Origin: an uncultured virus (IMG/VR IMGVR_UViG_3300034082_002390)
Lineage: Duplodnaviria > Heunggongvirae > Uroviricota > Caudoviricetes
DNA: 60,650 nucleotides
IMG/VR virus record: IMGVR_UViG_3300034082_002390
Strand: one strand, 5' to 3'
The notes beneath the pieces were generated by a model. That model saw only the letters and a program-made list of their open reading frames with translations, had not been told where the DNA came from and did not search any database. Positions 19,903 through 29,757 of the stretch are shown here, in pieces. Every line of letters begins with the position of its first letter. Positions within the stretch are counted from its first letter, which is position 1. A program made the translations under genes and the position numbers.

Positions 19903-20134
19903 GACGAACTCCTGTGACCACTGTGTTAAGATTGTTTTTCAAACGAAGAAATTCTTTTTGTAACTTCTCAATTGTTTTTTGTTGTTCCACTAGTTTTTCT
20001 TCCAGGATGTCAATTTTCTGCATTGCAGATTTAAGTGCAGTATCCACAACTGGTTTAACTGGGGCTACCACTCGTTCAGCCGATTCATCTTGTTTGTATT
20101 GATCCATTATATCACCATGCTTGATTGTAGTCAA
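19892..20134 (-). CDS. Small coiled-coil protein
   Basis: 80 aa with heptad pattern. Confidence 0.55.
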   Translation of the reverse strand: MTTIKHGDIMDQYKQDESAERVVAPVKPVVDTALKSAMQKIDILEEKLVEQQKTIEKLQKEFLRLKNNLNTVVTGVRRER

Positions 20135-20612
20135 CTATTTCACAGTTGCGACTTACGTCTTTGACAAAATACACACATTCAGGTTCTATGTTGTCATTCA
20201 ACGGCACACACAGCATTTGGCCATTCTTGAGTTTGGGTGCGTACCAAGTGACTTCATGATATACGTCAACAATCTCGATTGTGGGGAAGCTGGGTCGAAA
20301 TCCAGTTAGTGGATTGAATTGAAATACTCTAAACCCCCTGTCGTTGATTGCTGTCAACGGCAGAACCTCTAGGTCTCCCAGGTCTGGCTCACCAATTAGA
20401 ATTTGCCAATCCATGGGCATTTTAATTGTGTACTCGCCAATTTTGAGAACCAATGCTGGAGCATTAAAGCTTTCAAGAAAGATGAGTGGAATATAGTGAT
20501 AATCAACATTGTTTGGATCCGAGTTGTCTAGAATTGAAAATCGCATGTCGTCGACTTCTTCAGGCAGGGTGTCCAAATCGTATGCAATGTTGTTTAAAGT
20601 TAGTATTCTCAT
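20112..20612 (-). CDS. Hypothetical protein
   Basis: 166 aa directly downstream of a consensus sigma70 promoter. Confidence 0.75.
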   Translation of the reverse strand: MRILTLNNIAYDLDTLPEEVDDMRFSILDNSDPNNVDYHYIPLIFLESFNAPALVLKIGEYTIKMPMDWQILIGEPDLGDLEVLPLTAINDRGFRVFQFNPLTGFRPSFPTIEIVDVYHEVTWYAPKLKNGQMLCVPLNDNIEPECVYFVKDVSRNCEIVDYNQAW

Positions 20613-20619
20613 AAAGTAT

Positions 20620-20648
20620 ATTATATATGGTTATTGTCTGTTAGTCAA
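20620..20648 (-). promoter_or_regulatory. sigma70-type promoter (leaderless)
   Basis: TTGACT-17 nt-TATAAT; ATG 7 nt downstream. Confidence 0.8.
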
Positions 20649-20676
20649 GACTTAGCTGATTTTATTTTTAGCAATA

Positions 20677-21327
20677 TCAAAATAGCTGTACTGCATGTGC
20701 AATCAATGTGTCTGGACTTGCAGAAAGATTGTCTACCGATTGCTGTGTAAACAAATCAAATGCCACCGACAGTCTTACTGGTTCAGTCACAATGCCGACT
20801 TCGTGATCGGCCCAGCAGGGAAAAATTGTGATGCCGCCAAGGCTGTTTTTGATGACTTCGTTACGAGCAGGATAATGAAACGTGGTTGATGTGTTGTCTG
20901 TCAAACTGATAAATCCACTCAAGTGATAATGAGGAGAATGCCAATGCATGCTCAAACTTACCCCAGCTTCTAGGATATTGATCCATCCCGATATCCAAAG
21001 AGATTTCTCTGGCTCAAACTCATATGCTTGTGAAAAATCATGATAGGCTCTGGCAATATCTTGCTTGAACCTGTGTACACTGGGCATGTCAAACTTGAAA
21101 AAATTATAACTGTCCCAGGGCACATGTCCCGGTGGAATATTTTGCCAATCCCAGTTGTGAGGTCTAACATACTGTGCATAGTTGTCATTCACAAACTGGT
21201 GAATATCCGCAAAGTCTGTGGTGCTGACTTGATCTTTCCAAATAGGCACTCGCATATCCAATGCAAAAGGGCCCGGCATTTGTATGCGTCTAACAATTAG
21301 CCTAGGATCTACTTGATGGTCATCCAC
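20677..21327 (-). CDS. Putative 2OG-Fe(II) oxygenase
   Basis: WINIL..HWH..LSGFISL..IFPCWADHEV..RLSVAFD (HxH..H..R jelly-roll pattern). Confidence 0.7.
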   Translation of the reverse strand: MDDHQVDPRLIVRRIQMPGPFALDMRVPIWKDQVSTTDFADIHQFVNDNYAQYVRPHNWDWQNIPPGHVPWDSYNFFKFDMPSVHRFKQDIARAYHDFSQAYEFEPEKSLWISGWINILEAGVSLSMHWHSPHYHLSGFISLTDNTSTTFHYPARNEVIKNSLGGITIFPCWADHEVGIVTEPVRLSVAFDLFTQQSVDNLSASPDTLIAHAVQLF

Positions 21328-22778
21328 TCTAGTTTCTCCTGTGTAAACGGATAATTGGCTTCTTTATAAAATTGTTTACGCTTGGTAAGGTGGCGTTTTG
21401 CAAACTTGCACGTTGACGTGATGTCCCAGATTTGGACATGGTCTTTGTCTTCTGCTTTTCTAATGCCTCGCCCAATACTTTGTATAACGCGGACAAAGCT
21501 TTTTCCGGGCTCCAAAAGAACCAAATTAAAAATACGGGGGATATTAATACCCACAGCGGCCACACCGTAAGTCGCCACAATAATCTTGCCAGTAGATTCT
21601 GCCACTTGATCATAATGTTCTTGCCTTTCTGTTCCTTTGGTTGCACCTGATACAAACACTGCCTGATCTCCCAGTCTCTTGACTAGTTCATGACCCGATG
21701 CCACTCGATCCACAAGCACCAGGGTGTTGCCGGTTTCATTGACCCTGGCAACCAAATTGGATATAGTATCCAATCTTCCAGACTCTTCAAGCAAGTATTT
21801 TAACTCGCTTTGATAATCTTTGTATTCCACATGGTCCACAAGTTGCACAACATTCACGTGACATTGAGCCAATACTCCCATGTCTTGCAAGGTGCTGGCA
21901 GCAAGTTTGCTGATCACTGGACCAAGACTAACATGCAATGCTTCTGATTCAAACTTTTCTTTTGGCACAGTGCCAGTTAGACCCCAGCGAATTGGGATAT
22001 GAGCCATTACTCCAGTCAATAGAGTTTTCAATGCATCAGCTTTGGCCATGTGCACTTCGTCGACCATGACACAAACCACATCCTCAATAAAGTCTTGAAT
22101 TGTCACTTCCCCGACTCCAGCCTTGGTGTTCTTTAACAACACATTCAAGCTTTGCCAAGTGCAAATGGTATGTGTTCGACCATGTTCTTTTCTATCACCA
22201 AAGTACACGCCCACATCTAGTCCTAGATTGATATAGTCCTTTTCAGTTTGTCGCACAAGATCTTTGTTGGGCACAATAACAATACTGCGCCCGTAATCTT
22301 GTACACTCCAGCTCAAGGCAGCTGTCATGATTGTCTTGCCTGCGCCAGTGGCCACTTCCTGAATACATTGAGGATTATTTAAAAAATCATTAATGATATC
22401 AATTTGATAGTCACGCAACACAATTGGTTGTCCTTCTGCCACATGACCCTTGGGCCACAAGTGATTGACAAATGTGTTTTCAGAAGTCAGTGCAAATTCA
22501 AATGTGGTTTTGTAATTGCGTTGATCATCTAGTTCAACATCATATCCTTCAGCCTCAAGCACCGGGATAATCTCTGGCAGCAAGTTTACAAATGTGCTGC
22601 CACCCATTTGAAAATAGCTGACCTTGCCATCCCATCGACCCAGTCGCACAGCCGGAAGATATCTTGCATACGGAATGTCATATTTGAATTTGTTAACTAG
22701 ACGCTTGCGAGTGTCTAGGTCAAGTCCTTCAATTTTAACATTGACCTCGTCGTTTAGTATAAGGGTTGCTTGTTTCAT
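21309..22778 (-). CDS. uvsW: SF2 DNA helicase UvsW-like
   Basis: LRDYQ, ATGAGKT, DEVH, GLTGT, QSIGRGIR. Confidence 0.9.
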   Translation of the reverse strand: MKQATLILNDEVNVKIEGLDLDTRKRLVNKFKYDIPYARYLPAVRLGRWDGKVSYFQMGGSTFVNLLPEIIPVLEAEGYDVELDDQRNYKTTFEFALTSENTFVNHLWPKGHVAEGQPIVLRDYQIDIINDFLNNPQCIQEVATGAGKTIMTAALSWSVQDYGRSIVIVPNKDLVRQTEKDYINLGLDVGVYFGDRKEHGRTHTICTWQSLNVLLKNTKAGVGEVTIQDFIEDVVCVMVDEVHMAKADALKTLLTGVMAHIPIRWGLTGTVPKEKFESEALHVSLGPVISKLAASTLQDMGVLAQCHVNVVQLVDHVEYKDYQSELKYLLEESGRLDTISNLVARVNETGNTLVLVDRVASGHELVKRLGDQAVFVSGATKGTERQEHYDQVAESTGKIIVATYGVAAVGINIPRIFNLVLLEPGKSFVRVIQSIGRGIRKAEDKDHVQIWDITSTCKFAKRHLTKRKQFYKEANYPFTQEKLEWMTIK

Positions 22779-23632
22779 TTAAAATATATGTTTGTTATGA
22801 GTTGTCTGCGTCTAATGTTATCAATTATTTCTTCTCTATTGCCAATGTTGATCAATTTTGCCACCTTGTATCTGTATGGATGTGCTAGTGGATGATTAAT
22901 GCTGTCAATTCCCTGTTTGATAAAAAAGTCCTGGCAAGATTCAAAATAATTCTGCATGCGATCTAGATCCGGTACAGCATCACCAAATGTAACAACAAAG
23001 TCAGCCGAGTACTTACGGAATGGCTGAAATGCCAATTCGCCAATATACTCGTCGTTGTCAACCGACAAGTCCTCAAGAGTCTTGCCAATTTCAACGTAGT
23101 TTAAATACACAGCGCCAAACTCAGTAGCAGTTGTACCGTACTGCACCATCTGATCAATAGTCAAACTTGATAACTTGGGCATGCCATACCAAGTGCAAAC
23201 AAACCTTGGAATTGACTGTCTGCTGGCACTCTCGGCGCGATGCACCAGTGTGTTTAAATCAGCCAATGCCTGCTGTACTGTTGCTGGCGCTGTGTTCCAC
23301 CAGTCGCTTGTTTGACTATCCAATAGTCCGTGATAGATTTCAAAAATGTTGTGCAAATAATTCAACAAATCTTGATCATCAATTGTGGTGAACTCTCTGT
23401 TTACAATAGTCTCATATTTATTAATAACAGCAATACACTCACGTAACCGAGATTCAGCTTGTGCTCTTTCAGAGTTGCCACTATCAAATCCGTAAAATCG
23501 TCTAGCATCATCCATGGGCCATTTGTTGCGTAAATGCATTTTTCGCAACCATAGATCTGCTACAGGCGTGGGCTCTACAGCAAACTCCATTTCAAAATCA
23601 TTGTCAAATTCAATTACTAACACAGTGGTCAT
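22775..23632 (-). CDS. Hypothetical protein
   Basis: 285 aa, translationally coupled to uvsW. Confidence 0.7.
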   Translation of the reverse strand: MTTVLVIEFDNDFEMEFAVEPTPVADLWLRKMHLRNKWPMDDARRFYGFDSGNSERAQAESRLRECIAVINKYETIVNREFTTIDDQDLLNYLHNIFEIYHGLLDSQTSDWWNTAPATVQQALADLNTLVHRAESASRQSIPRFVCTWYGMPKLSSLTIDQMVQYGTTATEFGAVYLNYVEIGKTLEDLSVDNDEYIGELAFQPFRKYSADFVVTFGDAVPDLDRMQNYFESCQDFFIKQGIDSINHPLAHPYRYKVAKLINIGNREEIIDNIRRRQLITNIYFK

Positions 23633-23638
23633 TTAACT

Positions 23639-23667
23639 AGTATAACAGATACAAACACAGAAGTCAA
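23639..23667 (-). promoter_or_regulatory. sigma70-type promoter (leaderless)
   Basis: TTGACT-17 nt-TATACT with extended TGn; ATG 6 nt downstream. Confidence 0.75.
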
Positions 23668-23695
23668 AAAAAGAGGCACCGATTAAGGTACCTCT
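23666..23695 (-). terminator. Intrinsic terminator
   Basis: Minus strand AGAGGTACC-ttaatc-GGTGCCTCT followed by a T-tract. Confidence 0.7.
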
Positions 23696-23744
23696 AAACA
23701 GATTGTCCAAGGAGCTAGCTTGATAAATGACAACCCGGAAACTG

Positions 23745-24191
23745 TTAAGAATATTCCTTGTCTATCTTGGTGTTGGTCAACCCAGCTAGTGTTTGAAACT
23801 GATCCCATGCTGCCTTGACAGCTGGGCGAGTTTCCAACTCTGAATCAGGCAATACTGCTTCCAGCCAAATCTCTGGACGGCGCCTTGGGTGTGCGCCAAA
23901 CTTGCGTGGCTGATGCATTTTACCAGAGTCGTACAAGTCAATGCTGACACCGCGGAACCGATCTTCATCTTCGTCGGAGTATCCTGCCCATTCTGGATTG
24001 CTACCACCAAAAAAGCCTCGCATCAAGTTCGCATCTGATCCGCCAGCATAGCCTTGCCAAATGCCTTGCCATTGGTCATCATCATGTGGGTCAAAGTCTG
24101 TGCGGGCAATAACCACTAAGACATCGTCGATATCTACTTTTCCATCAACAATATCTCTTACGCAACGACTGTAACTAAGTCCAATTTTCAT
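23745..24191 (-). CDS. Hypothetical early protein
   Basis: MKIGLSYSRCVRDI start with AAGGA SD. Confidence 0.7.
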   Translation of the reverse strand: MKIGLSYSRCVRDIVDGKVDIDDVLVVIARTDFDPHDDDQWQGIWQGYAGGSDANLMRGFFGGSNPEWAGYSDEDEDRFRGVSIDLYDSGKMHQPRKFGAHPRRRPEIWLEAVLPDSELETRPAVKAAWDQFQTLAGLTNTKIDKEYS

Positions 24192-24192
24192 G

Positions 24193-24408
24193 TTATCCTT
24201 TTGCAGTAACTGTGGTCTTAAAAAGAAAACCACACAACACAGTGATACCCCAGGCCTGCAACCAAGTTACCTCAGCTACACCTGCAATGGCGCCAACCAA
24301 GCAACCATTCCAAAGCATGTACACGGGCCAACTCATTAAAAAACTCAGGGCCACTAGACTCACAAGAGCCAAAACACCTGCACCAATAACTACTATAATT
24401 TTTTCCAT
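24193..24408 (-). CDS. Small membrane protein
   Basis: Two to three hydrophobic segments. Confidence 0.65.
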   Translation of the reverse strand: MEKIIVVIGAGVLALVSLVALSFLMSWPVYMLWNGCLVGAIAGVAEVTWLQAWGITVLCGFLFKTTVTAKG

Positions 24409-24409
24409 A

Positions 24410-25438
24410 TTAGGCACTCTTCATGCAAGTTGTCTCAGCCATCAATCTCCACTTAGCAGGGAAGCTCTTGACCAAGTCTGCAATCTTGAGAGCCATACGC
24501 AAGCTCATCTCACGCAAGCGAGCCTGGTTGGTGTTCATGAACTCAATGATGTCATCTTGTTGCATCTCTGAAAAGTCATAGTCTTGGAACAGCACACCGT
24601 CCTTGGCAATCTGCTTGATACGCAGGATCTTGTCACGCATGGTGTCCAAGGTCAAGTCCAGATAGTGGCATCGGCTTTGCAATGCATCCAAGTGATCCCG
24701 CAATTTTTGCGACTTCATTTGATCAAACTTCAAGTTAGTGATAAAAATCACACTGCCTTTGAATTCAAATTGATCCGGGATGCCTTCGCGACGCAGAGTG
24801 CTGGACTCGCTCAACCAGGAGATCTTGCGCTTCTTGCCTGAGTCAAGAGCACCCTTGAGCAAGTTAAGAGCAACGTCATCCAGCAAGATGCTGTCGCAGT
24901 CATCAAACACCAGTACGCAATTGGCATCTGAATACTTGTACAGTGTCTGGTACAAACCAATTGGGGTGGCACTGCCTTTAACAACCTCGGCACGCAGTCG
25001 TTTGCCACTCAGTTTGTCAAACAAACAAGCTTTGTCAACTTCAGCTTCGACACCAAAACTCTTGCCCACACCAGGGGGGCCGCTCACAATCATGGCACGG
25101 ATGTCACCTGCTGTGGCTGCTTTGGTCATCTCAGTAAGAATCTCAAATCGCTCACGGATCCGAGTCATTGCTTGCTCTTCAGTTTCTACTACCACTGGTT
25201 GTTTAACCTCTACAGTCTTGGGCTGGGCTGTCACAGTGTCTCCTCCAACAATTTCAATATCTTCAATGCCGTCAACACGCACACGCACCACGTCAAATTC
25301 GGGACCAAAATGCCCATCGCTTTGTACAGTTACAAAGCCGCCGCGGGCGCCTTTTGTAAAATCTTTAACAAGAGTAAACGCAACACCACGCACGTTTTGA
25401 TTGCGATAAGTGCCTTTGTGTATTACAACTTGGGTCAT
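24410..25438 (-). CDS. AAA+-type ATPase
   Basis: GPPGVGKS Walker A, LVFDDCD Walker B, IFITN, ALQSR; AGGAG SD. Confidence 0.85.
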   Translation of the reverse strand: MTQVVIHKGTYRNQNVRGVAFTLVKDFTKGARGGFVTVQSDGHFGPEFDVVRVRVDGIEDIEIVGGDTVTAQPKTVEVKQPVVVETEEQAMTRIRERFEILTEMTKAATAGDIRAMIVSGPPGVGKSFGVEAEVDKACLFDKLSGKRLRAEVVKGSATPIGLYQTLYKYSDANCVLVFDDCDSILLDDVALNLLKGALDSGKKRKISWLSESSTLRREGIPDQFEFKGSVIFITNLKFDQMKSQKLRDHLDALQSRCHYLDLTLDTMRDKILRIKQIAKDGVLFQDYDFSEMQQDDIIEFMNTNQARLREMSLRMALKIADLVKSFPAKWRLMAETTCMKSA

Positions 25439-25469
25439 TCCTAGCTCCTTTTTTAGTTTCTATACAAGT

Positions 25470-25498
25470 ATTATAGCAAAGTTCAAATTATTGGTCAA
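25470..25498 (-). promoter_or_regulatory. Strong early sigma70-type promoter
   Basis: TTGACC-17 nt-TATAAT with extended TGC. Confidence 0.85.
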
Positions 25499-25670
25499 CC
25501 GGGGCAAACAGTTCTTGACCTTGTTGCATAAAAACAACAAAGGCTTGCATTGTGCGCTCACTGTAGACCATACGACCATGCTTCTTGATATCTTGCAGTG
25601 TTTCCAACAGGCCCATGCCCAAGAATTCTGCTTCTTTTTGTAACTGGTTAATTGCTGTAGCTATCTGCAT
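25488..25670 (-). CDS. Small early hypothetical protein
   Basis: 60 aa, AGGAG SD, own promoter. Confidence 0.7.
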   Translation of the reverse strand: MQIATAINQLQKEAEFLGMGLLETLQDIKKHGRMVYSERTMQAFVVFMQQGQELFAPVDQ

Positions 25671-25699
25671 TTCTGCTCCTTGTTTCTTACAATACTTCT

Positions 25700-25728
25700 A
25701 TTATAGCAAATGGAGCATTTCTGGTCAA
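25700..25728 (-). promoter_or_regulatory. Strong early sigma70-type promoter
   Basis: TTGACC-17 nt-TATAAT with extended TGC; closely matches 25470-25498. Confidence 0.85.
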
Positions 25729-25907
25729 CCAGAATTTGTGTTGTATTTTTACAACAATTTGAGATATTTTCAGTATTATTAGCTGATTTTTGGCTCATAT
25801 TCAAATGGCTATATTGGATATTTGATTTTATAAACATTATAATACTCCATTTAATAACCAATTAATTAGTACAGCGAATTGATAATTTCTAGTCAACTGT
25901 TAGCCAT

Positions 25908-25934
25908 AAAAAAACCCGCATAATGCGGGTTTTT
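25908..25934 (-). terminator. Intrinsic terminator, potentially bidirectional
   Basis: A-tract CCCGCA-taa-TGCGGG T-tract. Confidence 0.85.
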
Positions 25935-25953
25935 ATGAGATTATAATGATATT

Positions 25954-26577
25954 TTAATATTCTAAAATTTCAAAATCAAATTCTATAGTGGACCCTGATC
26001 CAACTGCCCAGCGCCATTCGCCGCCAATTGGGAATGTTGCAGTGTCGCGAATTTGCGGAATACCGTCAATTTTAATATTGGTCTTGCCGTCCGACTCAAA
26101 AGAATTGACGTTTGGATCTGCAAAAAATTCATCTGGTGGTGTTACCAATGTGGGAGTACAGTTTGCAGATGCTTGTTCTTTAGTCAATCCATATTTGGAC
26201 TCAAATGCAGGGTTGGCCAATAATTGTATATCTGTTGACACTTCGTTGCCGGTAGTCGGCACATGTGCAGGCCAAGTAGCACCTGAGTTTAGCGCAAACG
26301 AATGGGAACCACGATAGTGGGTCACAGCAATATGACTCACTAACAAACTGCCGTTTAACACTGTGACACTGCAAGGAATTTGACCAGTTACCGATGTATC
26401 ACTAGACCATTGGCATAGCGTGTCTAATTCGCCAAGATACGGTGATTCTAATACCCCTGCCACTGTGGGGGCAGTTCCAGTATACACTTGTGCCCCGTTA
26501 AAGTTCACTGTGATAGTTGCTGGATTTGCTGGGTCTCCCCATATTCTGCCAAGTAATCTGTTGCTTCGAGTAGTCAT
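25954..26577 (-). CDS. Hypothetical late beta-rich protein
   Basis: 207 aa; GAGGA SD, TAAATA at 26599-26604. Confidence 0.65.
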   Translation of the reverse strand: MTTRSNRLLGRIWGDPANPATITVNFNGAQVYTGTAPTVAGVLESPYLGELDTLCQWSSDTSVTGQIPCSVTVLNGSLLVSHIAVTHYRGSHSFALNSGATWPAHVPTTGNEVSTDIQLLANPAFESKYGLTKEQASANCTPTLVTPPDEFFADPNVNSFESDGKTNIKIDGIPQIRDTATFPIGGEWRWAVGSGSTIEFDFEILEY

Positions 26578-26612
26578 TTTTGTTTATCCTCTTTTGTTTA
26601 TTTATCGGAAAG

Positions 26613-27341
26613 TTACAATCTCCAATGTTGCAATATATATTTATCCTGAACTTCGTGTGGCTTAGGGGTTCCGTGAAACACAATAACCCGCACCTTGGGA
26701 TCAATCCTGCAACCTGTACCGGGGCTGTGATATTTACGTGTTTTCATGTTTTGACCGCCGTCGTTCATTTGCCATCTCCAGCTTTGTATCATGTCTGCAT
26801 CAAACAAATTGCGGTGACGCTCGTCAATCACAGCTGAAAGAAAATCCTGGTCCCCCGGGTATCGTGCAGTTACTGTAGATGGCCCTTGACTCATAAATGA
26901 TTCCCAAACATTGCTAAATCTAGTGGTATCCCAAAGCATGACACTGGAGTTAATACCAGCCCAGGCAGGACGTTGCAGATACCTAAAATCACGAATAGTA
27001 GAAAAATGACTTGGGGGAGCTTGTAACATCCAATCAATATTGCCAGTAATCACAACGTCAAGATCAAAATACAACAATTGGCCCGAAAAGTGATCAGGGT
27101 TAAACATCTGTATTTTGTACCACCAAGCACTTTTTGGTCCAGCTATGCCAGGCCAAGTGTCTAGCGTGTGCTTGATAAAAGGATCAGGAACCTCTCGTTC
27201 TTCTTCTGTGAATACATGCAGTTTTACAGGAAACGTTAAATTTCGACACAGCATGGCATAAAGTTTTTGAACATACGTCCATTGATAAGCGTCACCATGA
27301 ATCACACATGCACAGTTTACTGTATAAGTTTGGTTTATCAT
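26613..27341 (-). CDS. GT-A fold glycosyltransferase
   Basis: WWYKIQMF, YFDLDVVI (DxD), NSSVMLW, GDQDFL, VFHGTPKP. Confidence 0.8.
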   Translation of the reverse strand: MINQTYTVNCACVIHGDAYQWTYVQKLYAMLCRNLTFPVKLHVFTEEEREVPDPFIKHTLDTWPGIAGPKSAWWYKIQMFNPDHFSGQLLYFDLDVVITGNIDWMLQAPPSHFSTIRDFRYLQRPAWAGINSSVMLWDTTRFSNVWESFMSQGPSTVTARYPGDQDFLSAVIDERHRNLFDADMIQSWRWQMNDGGQNMKTRKYHSPGTGCRIDPKVRVIVFHGTPKPHEVQDKYILQHWRL

Positions 27342-27383
27342 AAGGATTAATATTTACCGTTATGTACATACATAAATATCTTT

Positions 27384-28142
27384 ATGAAAATCGTACTTGT
27401 TACAGGTGGGTTTGATCCCATACACTCCGGACATCTTGCTTACTTCCAGTCAGCAAAACAACTAGGTGACAAACTCATCGTTGGGCTCAATAGTGATGCC
27501 TGGCTAGAACGCAAGAAAGGTCGTGCGTTCATGCCCTGGTCAGAACGTGCTGCCATTGTTGCTGCCTTGCATGTGGTTGATCGTGTGATTGATTTTGACG
27601 ACCAGGATGGCACAGCAATCGATGCTATTCGTAAAGCCAAAGAGATATTTCCCAATCATGAGATTGTGTTTGCCAATGGTGGAGACAGAACTCAAGACAA
27701 CATACCCGAGATGGTGTTCGATGATGTGGAATTTGTGTTTGGTGTGGGTGGAGAAGATAAGAAAAACAGTTCTAGCTGGATTCTTGAAGACTGGAAGAAA
27801 CCCCGAACAGATCGCGCCTGGGGGTACTATCGTGTGCTACACGAAGTAGGCGGCCACGTCAAGCTAAAAGAACTCACAGTAAATCCCAAGACATGTTTAA
27901 GCATGCAACGACACGAAAAACGTGCAGAGTTTTGGTTTGTAGCCGAGGGTGAAGCCACAGTGTACACAGTGGATCCACACAGCACAGATCGTGAGCTGGC
28001 ATCAAGCCCTGCCCGGCATCAGTCAACTTGGATTAGACTAAATGAATGGCACCAGTTGTGCAACGAAACTAACGAGCCGTTAAAGCTGATCGAAATCCAA
28101 TATGGCGAAAATTGTGTTGAAGAGGACATCGAACGCAAATGA
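27384..28142 (+). CDS. Cytidylyltransferase fused to a mannose-6-phosphate-isomerase-type cupin
   Basis: TGGFDPIHSGH (HxGH), GLNSD, FANGGDR, SSS; then R.WGYY, LSMQRHEKRAEFW, IEIQYG..EEDIER. Confidence 0.88.
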   Translation: MKIVLVTGGFDPIHSGHLAYFQSAKQLGDKLIVGLNSDAWLERKKGRAFMPWSERAAIVAALHVVDRVIDFDDQDGTAIDAIRKAKEIFPNHEIVFANGGDRTQDNIPEMVFDDVEFVFGVGGEDKKNSSSWILEDWKKPRTDRAWGYYRVLHEVGGHVKLKELTVNPKTCLSMQRHEKRAEFWFVAEGEATVYTVDPHSTDRELASSPARHQSTWIRLNEWHQLCNETNEPLKLIEIQYGENCVEEDIERK

Positions 28143-28819
28143 AGCCAATACCAGTGTTTGTTGGTTATGACCCCAGAGAGGCAGTGGCTTATCACACCTG
28201 CGCTAATTCAATTATACGGCAGGCATCAAAACCAGTTGCAATAATTCCGTTGGCATTGAATCTGTTTGAGGACTACACAGAAACACACACTGACGGAAGC
28301 AATCAGTTTATCTACAGCAGATTTCTTGTGCCGCATCTAATGGACTATGCTGGGTGGGCTATCTTTATTGATGGCGACATGATAGTGCGCGACGACATTG
28401 TCAAGTTGTGGCAGTTACAAGATCCCATGCACGATGTCATGGTTGTTAAACACAATTACAAAACTCGAATGCCGGTAAAATATCTTGGCGCCAAGAATGA
28501 AGACTATCCACGTAAAAATTGGAGTAGTGTTATTTTGTGGAACTGCAACAGTGAGTCAAACAAACAACTCACTCCAGATTTTGTACAGCAGGCCACTGGT
28601 GCTGCATTACACCGGTTTACATGGTTAGAAGATCAGCATGTTGGTGAGTTGCCAGTGGAGTGGAATTGGTTACCTGATGAATACGGGCCAAACCCTGATG
28701 CCAAGCTCTTGCATTATACCCTGGGCACTCCATGCTTTCACGAGTTTGCCACTACGCCACAAGGTGATGAGTGGCACCGGGAGCACATGCTAGCCGATTA
28801 TTGTTTACAAAAATCATGA
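28139..28819 (+). CDS. Glycosyltransferase (GT8-like)
   Basis: VFVGYDPRE, FIYSRFLVP, FIDGDM, YPRKNWSS, EWNWL, HYTLGTP. Confidence 0.8.
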   Translation: MKPIPVFVGYDPREAVAYHTCANSIIRQASKPVAIIPLALNLFEDYTETHTDGSNQFIYSRFLVPHLMDYAGWAIFIDGDMIVRDDIVKLWQLQDPMHDVMVVKHNYKTRMPVKYLGAKNEDYPRKNWSSVILWNCNSESNKQLTPDFVQQATGAALHRFTWLEDQHVGELPVEWNWLPDEYGPNPDAKLLHYTLGTPCFHEFATTPQGDEWHREHMLADYCLQKS

Positions 28820-29757
28820 CTCAACCGTTGTCAATTGTAGCCTACAGATCTTGTTTGCCATCAAAAAATAAAAAACAAGAAAAAGTTGATGCACTGATTA
28901 AATTCTGCCTGGGCGTACATGCCAACGGGGACAATGCGTACATGCATGAAGGCCAGGACACAGTGCCATGCGATGTTGCAGTAATACTGGGATGGGTTCA
29001 CGAGGATTCAAAAAATTCACCTCACTTGCAAATGCGCAAAAGAGTGGCTGCTGAACAAGCGGCAAAAAATAAACATTTGGTCATAATTGACAGCAACTTA
29101 TTTCTTTACAAAAATACCAAAAACCCATTGAACTATTTGCGTTATAGTTTCAATGGAGTTTTTCCCAACACTGGAATATACTGCGATTCTAATCCAACAC
29201 TGGATCGATGGTTTGACTTTGAGTCACAACTTGATTTAAAGTTGCAGCCTTATCGTGTCAACGGAAATCACATACTGTTGTGCTTGCAAAGGCAAGGTGG
29301 ATGGAGCATGGGAGGGATTGATGTGCAGTCTTGGATTGCCAGCACTGTGTCTTCTATTCGTATGCACAGCAGTCGCCCCATTAGGTTACGAGCTCATCCA
29401 GGTGATAAAACTCAGCATGACTTTGGTCGAATAATTAATCAATTTCCCAATGTACATGTGTCCAGCCCAGGCAGTTCACTACTAGACGATCTAGCCAATT
29501 GCTGGGCTGTGGTCAATCACAATTCCAGTCCAGCAGTTGGTGCAGCCATTGAAGGTTATCCAATTTTTATCACCGACCCAGAACGCAGTCAATGCAAAGA
29601 AATTGCCAACACCGACTTTGCCAAAATTGAAGATCCAGTGCTGTACGATCGACAACTGTGGCTAACCAGACTGTCAATGTTTCATTGGAATTTTAACGAG
29701 GTTCAGTCTGGGCAATGCTGGGCTCACATGCGCCGTTACTTGCCCGGTATTCCATAA
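28816..29757 (+). CDS. Capsule-biosynthesis-like (GT-B-like) protein
   Basis: IRLRAHP, WAVVNHNSSPAVGAAIEGYP; start refined by ATGA overlap. Confidence 0.6.
   Translation: MTQPLSIVAYRSCLPSKNKKQEKVDALIKFCLGVHANGDNAYMHEGQDTVPCDVAVILGWVHEDSKNSPHLQMRKRVAAEQAAKNKHLVIIDSNLFLYKNTKNPLNYLRYSFNGVFPNTGIYCDSNPTLDRWFDFESQLDLKLQPYRVNGNHILLCLQRQGGWSMGGIDVQSWIASTVSSIRMHSSRPIRLRAHPGDKTQHDFGRIINQFPNVHVSSPGSSLLDDLANCWAVVNHNSSPAVGAAIEGYPIFITDPERSQCKEIANTDFAKIEDPVLYDRQLWLTRLSMFHWNFNEVQSGQCWAHMRRYLPGIP

Noticed and set aside
24780..25400. 206-aa plus-strand ORF
   Set aside because: Antisense to the AAA ATPase, in mirror frame
25661..25861. 66-aa ORF with TTG start after a weak promoter
   Set aside because: Very AT-rich and runs through a strong promoter; coding status unsupported
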